Assembly (NCBI GenBank): GCA_963803705.1
Contig: CAWDNU010000004.1
Location: 384,001-448,000, forward strand
Reading direction: 5' to 3'
Length of the DNA stretch: 64,000 nucleotides
Source: an uncultured Pseudobdellovibrionaceae bacterium
GTDB taxonomy: Bacteria > Bdellovibrionota > Bdellovibrionia > Bdellovibrionales > UBA1609
The notes under the pieces were generated by a model, which was not told the origin of the DNA, made no database searches, and worked only from the letters and a program-made list of their open reading frames with translations. Positions 10,346-19,752 of this stretch are shown here, in pieces. The translations under genes were made by a program, and so were the position numbers. Position 1 is the stretch's first letter. Every line of letters begins with the position of its first letter.

Positions 10346-10975
10346 TTATTTAGAATAAACCTCTGAGCCATCAGCATGTAAAAAAGCTGGAAATACGGCA
10401 AGAAAATCATTAATTTCTTGATCTGATTTTTGTTCAATAAGATCCTTGCATACGACTGGATCGTAATGCGTTGCATGCCAATACCTTACAGCAAATTGGA
10501 AGTAATTACTTTCACCATCTAATAATAACACCAGGTCTTTATATTTAGCAGCGGGAGTAGGATCCTGAAAACGGTAGAGTAATCTAATTTCATCTTTATC
10601 TTTAATTTCAATCAGGTTTGCAAGCCTTGGCTCAACCGAAAGCCATACCACACCGTTTTCATCGCCATCATTCCTGTCAAGATGAGGAAGGGTTAAATAG
10701 CTACTTACCAAAACCTTTTGTGGAATTTCAGACTGCTTAGACGCTGATTGTTCGTCAGTTTGATCGCTTATTTTATCAATGTTTTCTACAAGGACATAGC
10801 AATCCATAGGCTGAAAAGTGGCTTTCGGTTTAGCAGAGATTAAGACATCTACCTGTCCGATCAAATATTTAGAAGTGTCGGTGATGGCTTCAGCTTTAAC
10901 TACGACATGATGAATTAGTAAAAATTGAAATAATATGACTTTAATTGTAAAAAAACCTTTTAAAACACTTTTCAT
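10346..10975 (-). CDS. Hypothetical exported protein cotranscribed with the TonB receptor
   Basis: 2-bp gap to receptor gene; signal-like N-terminus; His motifs. Confidence 0.65.
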   Translation of the reverse strand: MKSVLKGFFTIKVILFQFLLIHHVVVKAEAITDTSKYLIGQVDVLISAKPKATFQPMDCYVLVENIDKISDQTDEQSASKQSEIPQKVLVSSYLTLPHLDRNDGDENGVVWLSVEPRLANLIEIKDKDEIRLLYRFQDPTPAAKYKDLVLLLDGESNYFQFAVRYWHATHYDPVVCKDLIEQKSDQEINDFLAVFPAFLHADGSEVYSK

Positions 10976-11002
10976 TTGAAATGACCGCCTACTGGTTGCT
11001 GG

Positions 11003-11093
11003 TTATTGCTTATCGCTTATCGCTTATTGCTTATTGCTTATTGCTTATTGCTTATTGCTTATTGCTTATTGCTTATTGCTTATTGCTTATTGC
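11003..11093. repeat. Heptamer tandem repeat (TTATTGC)x13, two units TTATCGC
   Basis: 91 bp read directly, in divergent intergenic region. Confidence 0.97.
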
Positions 11094-11135
11094 AAAAATA
11101 TTGCATTAAAATAATATTATGCTATATCCAAGTCA

Positions 11136-11633
11136 ATGTTCAAAACAATAAATTATAATTTTTTAGTACTTATCATGGCTTCTGGCTTGGGGTCGAAAGC
11201 GTATTCTCAGAATCGTCCCTATAAATCTTTATATAATTTAAGTTTTGAAAGATTGGACCAATTTGATACCTTTGACGCCAACACTCTAAATGGAAAGCCG
11301 TCGTTGTGGATTGTTTTTCAACCAAAATGTTCCAGCTGTGAATCTCAATTTAATGACTTAAGTTGTCTTCCAGAAGATGTTGCAACTTTTGCCATAGGGA
11401 TTAACGGAACTCGGGACAAACTTGCAAGGGTTTTACAGTTCTCTACATTTAAAGGCTACAAAGTTCTAGCTAAGGATAAATTTAAAAAAGATCAAGGTGT
11501 TGCAGGAACGCCCACTTTACTGTTCGTTGATAAAAATGGAAAGTTGGGAAAGAAAATTACAGGCCTAGTGGCTTGCACGAAAATTTTAAAACTTTTGAAT
11601 TTGAATGACAAAAGCTCAATGGATAAAATTTAA
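11136..11633 (+). CDS. Exported thioredoxin-fold (TlpA-like) protein
   Basis: FQPKCSSC and GTPTLLFVDKNG motifs. Confidence 0.8.
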   Translation: MFKTINYNFLVLIMASGLGSKAYSQNRPYKSLYNLSFERLDQFDTFDANTLNGKPSLWIVFQPKCSSCESQFNDLSCLPEDVATFAIGINGTRDKLARVLQFSTFKGYKVLAKDKFKKDQGVAGTPTLLFVDKNGKLGKKITGLVACTKILKLLNLNDKSSMDKI

Positions 11634-11750
11634 ATAACTATTACAAAGTAGAATACAATGTAGACTACTAAAAATGGTAAAATCGAGAGTACGCGTAAAG
11701 CATAAAATAAATAAAATATAATTAAACTAAACTAAAAAACAGGAGAACAT

Positions 11751-12314
11751 ATGAAAAATACGATATTTATTTTAGTGGTCTTACTTATTGGAAACATAAC
11801 TTGGGCCGATAATAAAAGCGATATAGATAAAAACAGTAGTGATACGGTCTATTATGTTGGGGAACAAATAAATTTTTTTGGCAACTCTAAAGACTGTTTT
11901 GTGGAAGCTGGCTATTCCCAAGATGGTTCAGAAGTTACTTTACGGTCGATCGTTATAGATGCTCATGATCCAAAGTATATCGGCATTGATCAAATACTAG
12001 CTGCTTATTCTTCAACTGAAATGGCCTACACGTTTAGCAAACATTTAGAAGAGACTAGTGTCGAGTCATTGAGCCTTAAGAGCGCTAATCCTAAAGAGCC
12101 GAAGTCTTTAGATTTTATTTTAGATCATGAAGGTCATCTTGACTTCATACTTTGTGAAGATTTGTCTGAAGTAACAGAAGCTAATTTTAGCCAGATTAGG
12201 GAAATGTTTGAGCACTTTGCAGACTATCTAGAAGAGTCCAGTGATGATCATTCTGAGGAAGGAGATTCTTTTGGACACCAAGGTGGTCACGATCACAGTC
12301 ATCATAAGCACTGA
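11751..12314 (+). CDS. Exported acidic protein with His-rich C-terminal tail (metal-binding)
   Basis: Signal peptide; ends GHQGGHDHSHHKH. Confidence 0.75.
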   Translation: MKNTIFILVVLLIGNITWADNKSDIDKNSSDTVYYVGEQINFFGNSKDCFVEAGYSQDGSEVTLRSIVIDAHDPKYIGIDQILAAYSSTEMAYTFSKHLEETSVESLSLKSANPKEPKSLDFILDHEGHLDFILCEDLSEVTEANFSQIREMFEHFADYLEESSDDHSEEGDSFGHQGGHDHSHHKH

Positions 12315-12362
12315 TCATAGTTGATTGGCATTTAGATATGATCTATTGTTTTTTTCTCACTG

Positions 12363-14351
12363 GTGGTGAGTAAAAACAATAGGAGAGCTGTAATCAATCG
12401 GTCTAATAATATAGATTTTGGCGTTTTTGTTTTCTCTTCGCTTATTATATTTGGGATCACTTTGGCTTGCTCAGTTCAACCTGATGTGGCAAGCCATTTT
12501 TTTCACTTCATTCAAAATTGGCTAACCGTTAATACCAGCTGGATCTATATCTTAGCTATGGCGAATGCTCTTCTTTTTTCAGTTTGGCTTATTTGCAGTC
12601 GAATGGGTGATATTAGGCTTGGTCCTGATCATGCACTTCCAGAATATAGAAATTTAAGCTGGTTTTCTATGTTGTTCTCTGCGGGCATGGGGATCGGACT
12701 TCTATTTTTCGGTGTAGCTGAGCCATTAATGCATTTAAGCTCCCCACCCACCGGAGATAGTCTTACATTACAGAGTGCTCAAGAGGCTATGAAGATTACT
12801 TTTTTTCATTGGGGACTTCACGCGTGGGCCATGTACGCGGTATTCGCAGTGATGTTGGCCTATAATGCGTATAGAAAAAACCTGCCCCTTCTACCAAGAT
12901 CAATTTTGTATCCATTTTTAGGGGATAAAATTTTTGGGCCGATTGGACAAATGATTGATGTTTTTTGTGTGATAGGAACCCTATTTGGCGTTGCTACTTC
13001 ACTAGGTTTTGGGGTGACCCAAGTCAACGCGGGGCTATTTTATTTATTTGCAGTTCCTCAAAATGTGAACATACAAGTAGGTCTAATTGCACTTATCACT
13101 TTGATTGCGACGATTTCTGTTGTTCTAGGCTTAGATGGTGGAATTAAGCGGCTATCAATATTAAATATTGTGGTGGCATGCGTGTTATTATCTTTTATTT
13201 TGGTGCTTGGTGACACAATGGGCTTGATGGAATCTTTTGTCCAAAATACTGGGGCCTACCTTTCTGATATCACATTTAAGACATTTAATTTATATGCCTA
13301 CGAAAAGAAGCAAGACTGGATCGGAGGCTGGACACTTATGTACTGGGGTTGGTGGGTCTCATGGGCACCATTTGTAGGTATGTTTATAGCTCGTATTTCT
13401 AAAGGACGCACAATCAGGGAATTTATGATTGGGGTCATCTTCATACCTTCCGGCTTTACCTTTTTTTGGATGACCGTTTTTGGAAATTCGGCCATAAATA
13501 AAGTTTTAAGTGGACAAGGAGACGAATTGCTTAAGGCTGTTAACACTAACTTTCCAATAGCAATATTCAAATTCTTCGAGCTGTTTCCGATGTCAAATAT
13601 TCTGTCTTTAGTTGGGCTTCTACTTGTTATTACATTTTTTGTGACTTCATCAGATTCGGGATCTTTGGTGATCGATACTTTGGCATCAGGGGGCTCTTCG
13701 AATCCACCTGTGTGGCAACGTATATATTGGGCTTTCTTAGAAGGGCTTGTAGCTGCGGTGCTCTTAGTCGCAGGCGGTGTAGATGCTTTGCAGACTATGG
13801 CTATTGCCTCTGCCTTTCCTATGATATTTTTTATCACTGCAGGTATGTTGGCGTTTATAAAAAGCTTAAAAGAGGATTATCTTCTTTTAGGGGCCGTGCA
13901 GAAATATTCTCCGTCTTATAAAAATTTTGAATCGGGCACTTCGTGGAAAAAAAGACTAGAAAACTTAGTTGCACTACCTGATTTAACTAAGGCTCAAAAT
14001 TTTTTAACAAAGACAGTTGAACCTGCGCTTAGTGAAGTTCACAGAGAATTAAGGGGAAAAAAATTTGATATTCAGATAGTCTCAAAAAAAGATTCGATCA
14101 CTTTATTAATTCATAATGAAAATGTTGAAAATTACAGGTACCAGGTTTGGTTACGCCCTTTTATTGCCCCTTCTTATATGAAAGACACGACTAACTACTA
14201 CTACAGGGCCGAAGTTTTTATTTATCAGGGAGGCCAGAACTATGATATCTATGGATACACTAAAGACGAGATAATTTCAGATGCCTTAAATCATCTTGAA
14301 AAACATTTTCAATTTTTACACCTTTCAAATGCAAAAAAATTTGAAAACTAA
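12363..14351 (+). CDS. betT: BCCT family choline/glycine betaine transporter (BetT-like with C-terminal domain)
   Basis: SWFSMLFSAGMGIG, FHWGLHAW, WTLMYWGWWVSWAPFVGMFIARIS; start uncertain. Confidence 0.9.
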   Translation: MVSKNNRRAVINRSNNIDFGVFVFSSLIIFGITLACSVQPDVASHFFHFIQNWLTVNTSWIYILAMANALLFSVWLICSRMGDIRLGPDHALPEYRNLSWFSMLFSAGMGIGLLFFGVAEPLMHLSSPPTGDSLTLQSAQEAMKITFFHWGLHAWAMYAVFAVMLAYNAYRKNLPLLPRSILYPFLGDKIFGPIGQMIDVFCVIGTLFGVATSLGFGVTQVNAGLFYLFAVPQNVNIQVGLIALITLIATISVVLGLDGGIKRLSILNIVVACVLLSFILVLGDTMGLMESFVQNTGAYLSDITFKTFNLYAYEKKQDWIGGWTLMYWGWWVSWAPFVGMFIARISKGRTIREFMIGVIFIPSGFTFFWMTVFGNSAINKVLSGQGDELLKAVNTNFPIAIFKFFELFPMSNILSLVGLLLVITFFVTSSDSGSLVIDTLASGGSSNPPVWQRIYWAFLEGLVAAVLLVAGGVDALQTMAIASAFPMIFFITAGMLAFIKSLKEDYLLLGAVQKYSPSYKNFESGTSWKKRLENLVALPDLTKAQNFLTKTVEPALSEVHRELRGKKFDIQIVSKKDSITLLIHNENVENYRYQVWLRPFIAPSYMKDTTNYYYRAEVFIYQGGQNYDIYGYTKDEIISDALNHLEKHFQFLHLSNAKKFEN

Positions 14352-14408
14352 GTTTCTTTGAAAACTGACATAGTACTTTTAGAATCTGCAACTGCTTAGA
14401 ATAAAATA

Positions 14409-15194
14409 TTAGATTAAACTTCGATTTAAAAAATTTATAGCGTTACAAGGTCCCAACCCCATAACCCAACTTGCAGCGATAAGGTCCTGTTTTTTCGAAG
14501 ACCTTCTGTCCCTAATAGATTGGGCAGCAAATTCCGTATGAACCTGTGACAATGCTGCCACTAGCTTTTTAAATGTCACTGCAGTCATAAAAGAAAAATT
14601 AAGTCTTAAAAAAGGATCTTTTAAAAGATCCTCTGAATCGGGGGATTTTATTAAAAAATCTATTAAACCTTTGGCACTTCTTTCCATAATTAAGGAACTC
14701 AAAGCACCAGAGTCCCTATATCTTACTCCACCTTCTATGTTGAAAACCAATTTATCGTTGTTGTAGGCGCGCACCAATTTCATAGAAATTAGTTTATCGA
14801 TAATTTTTTTTACGGCTTTACTATCTAGGCCCAGCTCATTTCGGACCTCATCAACTTGTTTTTTTTCATGGTAGACTTTGTGAAAAAATAAAAAGTAAGT
14901 TGTGTTTTTCACAAAAAAATCTTCCATAGTTTCATCGAATCTAAAAATACTTTCGCTTTTAGTTTGCTTTGCAATTTCAAGAAGTTCTAAAAAAGAAATG
15001 TCTATAGCCTTACAAATAGTTATAAGTTTCTTTAAAGAAATATCACGTCCAGCGAACACTTTTTTAAGGCTAGATATAGATATGTCCGAGCCCTTGGCCA
15101 GATTTTGATAAGTGATTTTTTTCTGCTTTAAGATTGATTTTAGACTCGAAATAATCAGTAAGAACTCTTGCTCTTCTAAGTTTTTTTGTTCCAA
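14409..15194 (-). CDS. XRE-family HTH transcriptional regulator
   Basis: LKQKKITYQNLAKGSDISISSLKKVF HTH; probable TTG start at 15194. Confidence 0.8.
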   Translation of the reverse strand: MEQKNLEEQEFLLIISSLKSILKQKKITYQNLAKGSDISISSLKKVFAGRDISLKKLITICKAIDISFLELLEIAKQTKSESIFRFDETMEDFFVKNTTYFLFFHKVYHEKKQVDEVRNELGLDSKAVKKIIDKLISMKLVRAYNNDKLVFNIEGGVRYRDSGALSSLIMERSAKGLIDFLIKSPDSEDLLKDPFLRLNFSFMTAVTFKKLVAALSQVHTEFAAQSIRDRRSSKKQDLIAASWVMGLGPCNAINFLNRSLI

Positions 15195-15212
15195 ATGGCC
15201 CCCATTTTGGCT

Positions 15213-15238
15213 AAAAAGTTCACTATGCGGAACTTTTT
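15213..15238. promoter_or_regulatory. Palindromic operator AAAAAGTTC-N8-GAACTTTTT
   Basis: Perfect 9-bp arms just upstream of the HTH gene; extra half-site at 15253-15260. Confidence 0.6.
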
Positions 15239-15359
15239 TATATTTGTAACACAAAAGTTCTTTTCTATTGAGTTGTTTTTAAACGCTGACTAGTATCTAT
15301 TCAACCCCAGAAAAGTCCTATGAGCTGGATATAAGGCTTAAGGCAAAAAAGGAGAATTT

Positions 15360-15713
15360 ATGAAATTTTTAATATTAACGGTTCTTATGAGCTTATCTTT
15401 TACAGCTAACGCAGCCGAACCGCTTAGGTTGATTTGCTATTCACCAGTCTCGTTTGAATACTTTCAAGTCTTTATTGAAGATGATCAAATAATGTTGCCA
15501 CTTGATAAGCAAGTACATTCATTGGGAAGAATGCAAATGGCTATGCCTACAGCTGTCCCTAGATTTGCTTATGTAGATATGGAAAGTGGATACACCTTAA
15601 AAGATGGTGAATTTATATATTCAAAACCAGAGGATGAAGTGCTAGGAATCTTTCAAGATTTAGTCAATGACGCAGAATTTAGATGTCAAACTAACCATAT
15701 AATAAATTACTAG
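15360..15713 (+). CDS. Small secreted hypothetical protein
   Basis: AAGGAG SD, signal peptide (ANA-A), two Cys. Confidence 0.75.
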   Translation: MKFLILTVLMSLSFTANAAEPLRLICYSPVSFEYFQVFIEDDQIMLPLDKQVHSLGRMQMAMPTAVPRFAYVDMESGYTLKDGEFIYSKPEDEVLGIFQDLVNDAEFRCQTNHIINY

Positions 15714-15782
15714 CAGCTAATTTCTATTACCTAATCCATAGCAGTTACTATTAAGCCTCTGGATACTGGATTATAAATACTT

Positions 15783-15907
15783 GGGCCTGTTGAAAAAGCA
15801 TTAGATTCTAGGCGTCCAAGCTTAAAATCGAATGAGTCGTAGTTTATCTACGTCGAATGAGATTTAAGCGAAGGCAACAACGAAGACGATGCTTTTTCAA
15901 CAGGCCC
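15783..15907. mobile_element. 125-bp MITE-like element, copy 1
   Basis: 19-bp TIR GGGCCTGTTGAAAAAGCAT; flanked by ACTT direct repeats; second copy at 23678. Confidence 0.88.
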
Positions 15908-15915
15908 ACTTGTTA

Positions 15916-17199
15916 TTAGGGTTCTACGACTAGAGCCCTAATGTCTTTACCCACTGGCGATTCATGAGCCACTAGGTCGAATTCCCCTAAAGTTGCAAAT
16001 ATGTGATCAAAAATATCTGACTGAATATTTTCATATTCACTCCATTTAGTTGTGTTGGTAAATACATAAATTTCTATTGGTAGTCCCTGGGCAGAAGGCG
16101 CTAGCTGGCGGACCAGCAATGTCATTTCCTGCTGGATTTGGGGATGATTTTTTAAGTATGACACTAGATACTTTCTGAAAGTTCCAATATTTGTAAGTCT
16201 CCTACCATTTATAGCGATGGACATATCGACCTTTGACTCTTGATTGTATCGTTCAATAGCTTGTTTTGTTTCGGCTAAGTAAGAACCTAACAAGTTATTT
16301 TTGCCTAATCGATTGATGTCATCTTCTGTTAAAAATCTAACACTTGCAGTGTTTATCAACAGGCTTCTTTTGATTCTTCGTCCACCAGAATCAGACATGC
16401 CCCGCCAGTTCTTAAAAGAATCTGAAATTAGTGCGTAGGTGGGAATAGTTGTGATCGTCTTATCAAAATTTTGCACTTTTACCGTGGTCAGGCAGATATC
16501 AATCACATCGCCATCTGCATTGTACTTTGGCATCTCTAACCAGTCCCCTATTTTTAACATATTGTTTACAGAAAGTTGTATGCCTGCAACTAATCCTAAA
16601 ATTGGATCTTTAAAAACTAGCATCACAACGGCTGACAAAGCACCGACCCCAGACAAAAGAATAACCGGCGACTTACCTAGTAGAATTGCGATACCTATTA
16701 AGCCGCCCAGTAAACTAACCACAAGCTTAATAGTCTGTAAGACGCCGCGTAGTGGAATATGAAGTTTGCGAATCCGCTGGCTCATCATACTTTCAAAAGC
16801 ATCAAGGAATGAAAATATGGCCATCAGCCCATAGAACAAAATAAATAAGTCAGATAGCAGAATTATTGCTCGGTGGGTAAGAGAGGTTTCTGCAAACCAA
16901 GCATTAGACTGTATCTGAACAATTACACTTTGAATCATAAACACTAGCTCATGGAAAAAGCGGTTCGCATTTAGTGCATTTAACCAAGTGCCATCACTAT
17001 CAACCAGCTGAAATTTAGCGATAATTCGAAGTACGATGTGATGTAAAACCACATGCAGAACTAAGGCCGTAATTGCTATCCACAGTAAAACAAATCCATG
17101 AAAAAGCAGCTCTGAGTAGCCGGGTAAATATACGGAAAGCCATTCCAGAATGTACTCGCGGACTTGAGCTCTAAAACTGTCTATGGGCATATCATTCAT
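15916..17199 (-). CDS. ybdG: MscS-family mechanosensitive channel (YbdG/MscM-like)
   Basis: FKDPILGLVAGIQLS, GDWLEMPKYNADGDV, NWRGMSDSGGRRIKR. Confidence 0.88.
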   Translation of the reverse strand: MNDMPIDSFRAQVREYILEWLSVYLPGYSELLFHGFVLLWIAITALVLHVVLHHIVLRIIAKFQLVDSDGTWLNALNANRFFHELVFMIQSVIVQIQSNAWFAETSLTHRAIILLSDLFILFYGLMAIFSFLDAFESMMSQRIRKLHIPLRGVLQTIKLVVSLLGGLIGIAILLGKSPVILLSGVGALSAVVMLVFKDPILGLVAGIQLSVNNMLKIGDWLEMPKYNADGDVIDICLTTVKVQNFDKTITTIPTYALISDSFKNWRGMSDSGGRRIKRSLLINTASVRFLTEDDINRLGKNNLLGSYLAETKQAIERYNQESKVDMSIAINGRRLTNIGTFRKYLVSYLKNHPQIQQEMTLLVRQLAPSAQGLPIEIYVFTNTTKWSEYENIQSDIFDHIFATLGEFDLVAHESPVGKDIRALVVEP

Positions 17200-17231
17200 A
17201 AAAATCTTCTTTTGGTAAAAGTTATTTTAAA

Positions 17232-18266
17232 TTAAACCCATAATTTCCATTTAAGGTTTTGACCTGCTAAGAATGGGATGAGGATCTCGCCGCTAGCTAA
17301 TTTAATTTGCTCGGGGACTTTCCAACTTTCTTTAACTAAAGTTATCGATCCTTCGTTTCTTGGCAGGCCGTAAAAATCAGCACCAAAGTGACTTGCGAAA
17401 TTTTCAAGCTTATCTAATGCATCTAAGTCTTCAAAAATCTGCGTGTATAGCTCTATGGCAACCGGCGCAGAGTAACATCCAGCGCAGCCACAAGCTGACT
17501 CTTTTTGGTGCTTTTCGTGAGGCGCCGAGTCAGTTCCTAAAAAAAACTTTTTGGACCCTGTTCGAACAATATCTTGCAGTGCCAATTGGTGGGTACTTCT
17601 TTTTAGTATTGGCAGACAGTAATTATGTGGCTTAATGCCACCAACTAAAAGATCGTTACGGTTAAGCAGCAAATGCTGGGGGGTAATTGTGGCAGCTACA
17701 TTATCTGAAGCCGATCGTACAAATTCAACAGCTTGCCGGGTAGTAATATGTTCGAAAACAATTTTTAATTTAGGATAAGCTTCCACAATCTTTAACAAAT
17801 GCTTTTCAATAAAAACGGCCTCTCGGTCAAAAATATCTACCTTAAGATCGTTCACTTCACCGTGTACTAATAGTAGCATACCTAAACTAGCCATTTCTTC
17901 AAAAATTGGAAAGAGCGCCTGCACACTGTCAACAGCGCTTGCTGAATTTGTTGTGACACCAGCAGGATAAAGCTTAGCCGCTAGTATTCCACTTGAAAAT
18001 GCCTCTTTGATATCTTCTATCGAGGTTTCATCTGTTAAAAACATCGTCATAACGGGTTTAAACTGTTTACCCTCAGGAATTTCAGCCAAAATCTGTCTTT
18101 GGTATTCTAAAATTGCTGCAGGTTTAGTCAGGGGTGGGATCAAGTTTGGCATGGCTACTGCTCTGGCGAAACATCTGGATGTGGCCTCTAAGGACTCTTT
18201 TAAAATTACACCACTTCTAAAGTGTGCGTGCCAATCATCCGGGGTTCTAATAGTTAATTTTTGCAT
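17232..18266 (-). CDS. pyrC: Dihydroorotase (homodimeric type)
   Basis: PDDWHAHFR, MPNL, KLYPAG.TTNS, FLGTDSAPH. Confidence 0.96.
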   Translation of the reverse strand: MQKLTIRTPDDWHAHFRSGVILKESLEATSRCFARAVAMPNLIPPLTKPAAILEYQRQILAEIPEGKQFKPVMTMFLTDETSIEDIKEAFSSGILAAKLYPAGVTTNSASAVDSVQALFPIFEEMASLGMLLLVHGEVNDLKVDIFDREAVFIEKHLLKIVEAYPKLKIVFEHITTRQAVEFVRSASDNVAATITPQHLLLNRNDLLVGGIKPHNYCLPILKRSTHQLALQDIVRTGSKKFFLGTDSAPHEKHQKESACGCAGCYSAPVAIELYTQIFEDLDALDKLENFASHFGADFYGLPRNEGSITLVKESWKVPEQIKLASGEILIPFLAGQNLKWKLWV

Positions 18267-18450
18267 AAAGCAAATTAACATGAAGATGATTTTAAAACAG
18301 CTAGGAACTTAAAAATTTCAAGTGATTTACAGGTCACAGCATATTCACTCTGGCTAATTAAGCTACCACTTAGATCGGTCAGTCATAAATATGTCCGAAG
18401 CCTTAAGTAAACACTTGAACTTGTCTTGGATTTATAGGCACTTGATCACA

Positions 18451-19587
18451 ATGGATTTAAAACATATCAACAAAATCATTATAAATGTTTGCCTTTTTGT
18501 TGCCTCACATGCAATGGCCGATGAAACCAATTCTGACTTTGTTCAAAAACTGTGGCCACCATCAGAATCAAGTCTTATCCAAAAATATATGCTAAATAGG
18601 TTTTATGAAGGTGAAGCGGGTTTAAATAACTATTACGCTAAGTTTCATAAACCAGATAACTGTATAAATAGTCCACTAATCATTATCACCGGAGCTGACG
18701 ACCCGGTACCTGCATGGTTCGATACGGCCTTAAATGCTATGAAGCTAGGTTTCAAAAGTATTTATATTATTGAAATACGTGGACAAGGTCAGTCCCAAAG
18801 GGTTGCGGGAAACGAGGCTAAGCTTCTACATGTCGAAAAATTCGATAATTATAAACTTGATTTGATTTCAGCACTTCGAAGTATAGAAGATTTAGATGGT
18901 TTTCTAGATCCTGTTTATGTCATTTCACATTCGACTGGTTCCTTAGTCTTAGCAAATGCCTTTAAGGACATCAAACGACAACTTCCAAGTTTAAAAATAA
19001 AATCAATGAGTTTTTGGGCTCCTTTAATAAAAATGAACTTACAGCCCTGGGTCAGCAACCCTTTTGTTCACTCAGCCATTTCCACATTCGAAAAAATTTA
19101 TTCTTCTTGTTGTGGACTTTTCGTTGCTCAAAAAATCCCTAATGTTCCATTCTCAGAAAATAAGCTAACCAGTGACGAAGGTAAATATAAACGATTACAA
19201 AAGCTTAAGAAAAGTTACGGACTAGGGTCAACGGGAGTAAGTCTTAGGTGGGCCGTGGATGCATTGACCGAAACGCAATTAGTACAAAGCGATCAGATGA
19301 AATCTTTGAAAATTCCAATATTAATAATGAAGTCAGAAAAGGACTTTATTGTCAGTAACGAATATAACTTTGATAGCGCTAATGTAAAAGTTGAAACCAT
19401 ACCCTTGGCATTTCATTCTATTCACATAGAAAAAGATGAAATTTTTGACAAGGTTTTCAAAATAACATTTGATTTCTTTTTGGGTGGAAACAACAAAAAG
19501 TGCTCTGAACTAAAAAAACCAATGACTGAATCTGAAGCTAAAAAGGCTGATGCCGATTCGGTTGATAAGCAGCCCATTTCGCCCTAA
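18451..19587 (+). CDS. Exported alpha/beta hydrolase (lysophospholipase PldB-like)
   Basis: RGQGQS, SHSTG nucleophile elbow, D and H(SIHIE) triad candidates. Confidence 0.8.
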   Translation: MDLKHINKIIINVCLFVASHAMADETNSDFVQKLWPPSESSLIQKYMLNRFYEGEAGLNNYYAKFHKPDNCINSPLIIITGADDPVPAWFDTALNAMKLGFKSIYIIEIRGQGQSQRVAGNEAKLLHVEKFDNYKLDLISALRSIEDLDGFLDPVYVISHSTGSLVLANAFKDIKRQLPSLKIKSMSFWAPLIKMNLQPWVSNPFVHSAISTFEKIYSSCCGLFVAQKIPNVPFSENKLTSDEGKYKRLQKLKKSYGLGSTGVSLRWAVDALTETQLVQSDQMKSLKIPILIMKSEKDFIVSNEYNFDSANVKVETIPLAFHSIHIEKDEIFDKVFKITFDFFLGGNNKKCSELKKPMTESEAKKADADSVDKQPISP

Positions 19588-19752
19588 TTTAACTTGAAAT
19601 TTTAATGTGATTTACAAACTCATTTTTTTTGTTGAAGACAGGATCACAACAAAGACCAGGAAAGCATAAGGTGAGCAAAAAAACACGCAGATTTAATTAC
19701 ATGCTCGTTAACACTGGATCGAGGACAACAGACATCAAATCAAATCTAAAAA

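Noticed and set aside
11003..11093. CRISPR array
   Set aside because: Contiguous 7-bp units without spacers; no cas genes.
15783..15907. tRNA, riboswitch or other ncRNA
   Set aside because: TIRs, target duplication and a second copy fit a MITE; no cloverleaf or known aptamer recognised.
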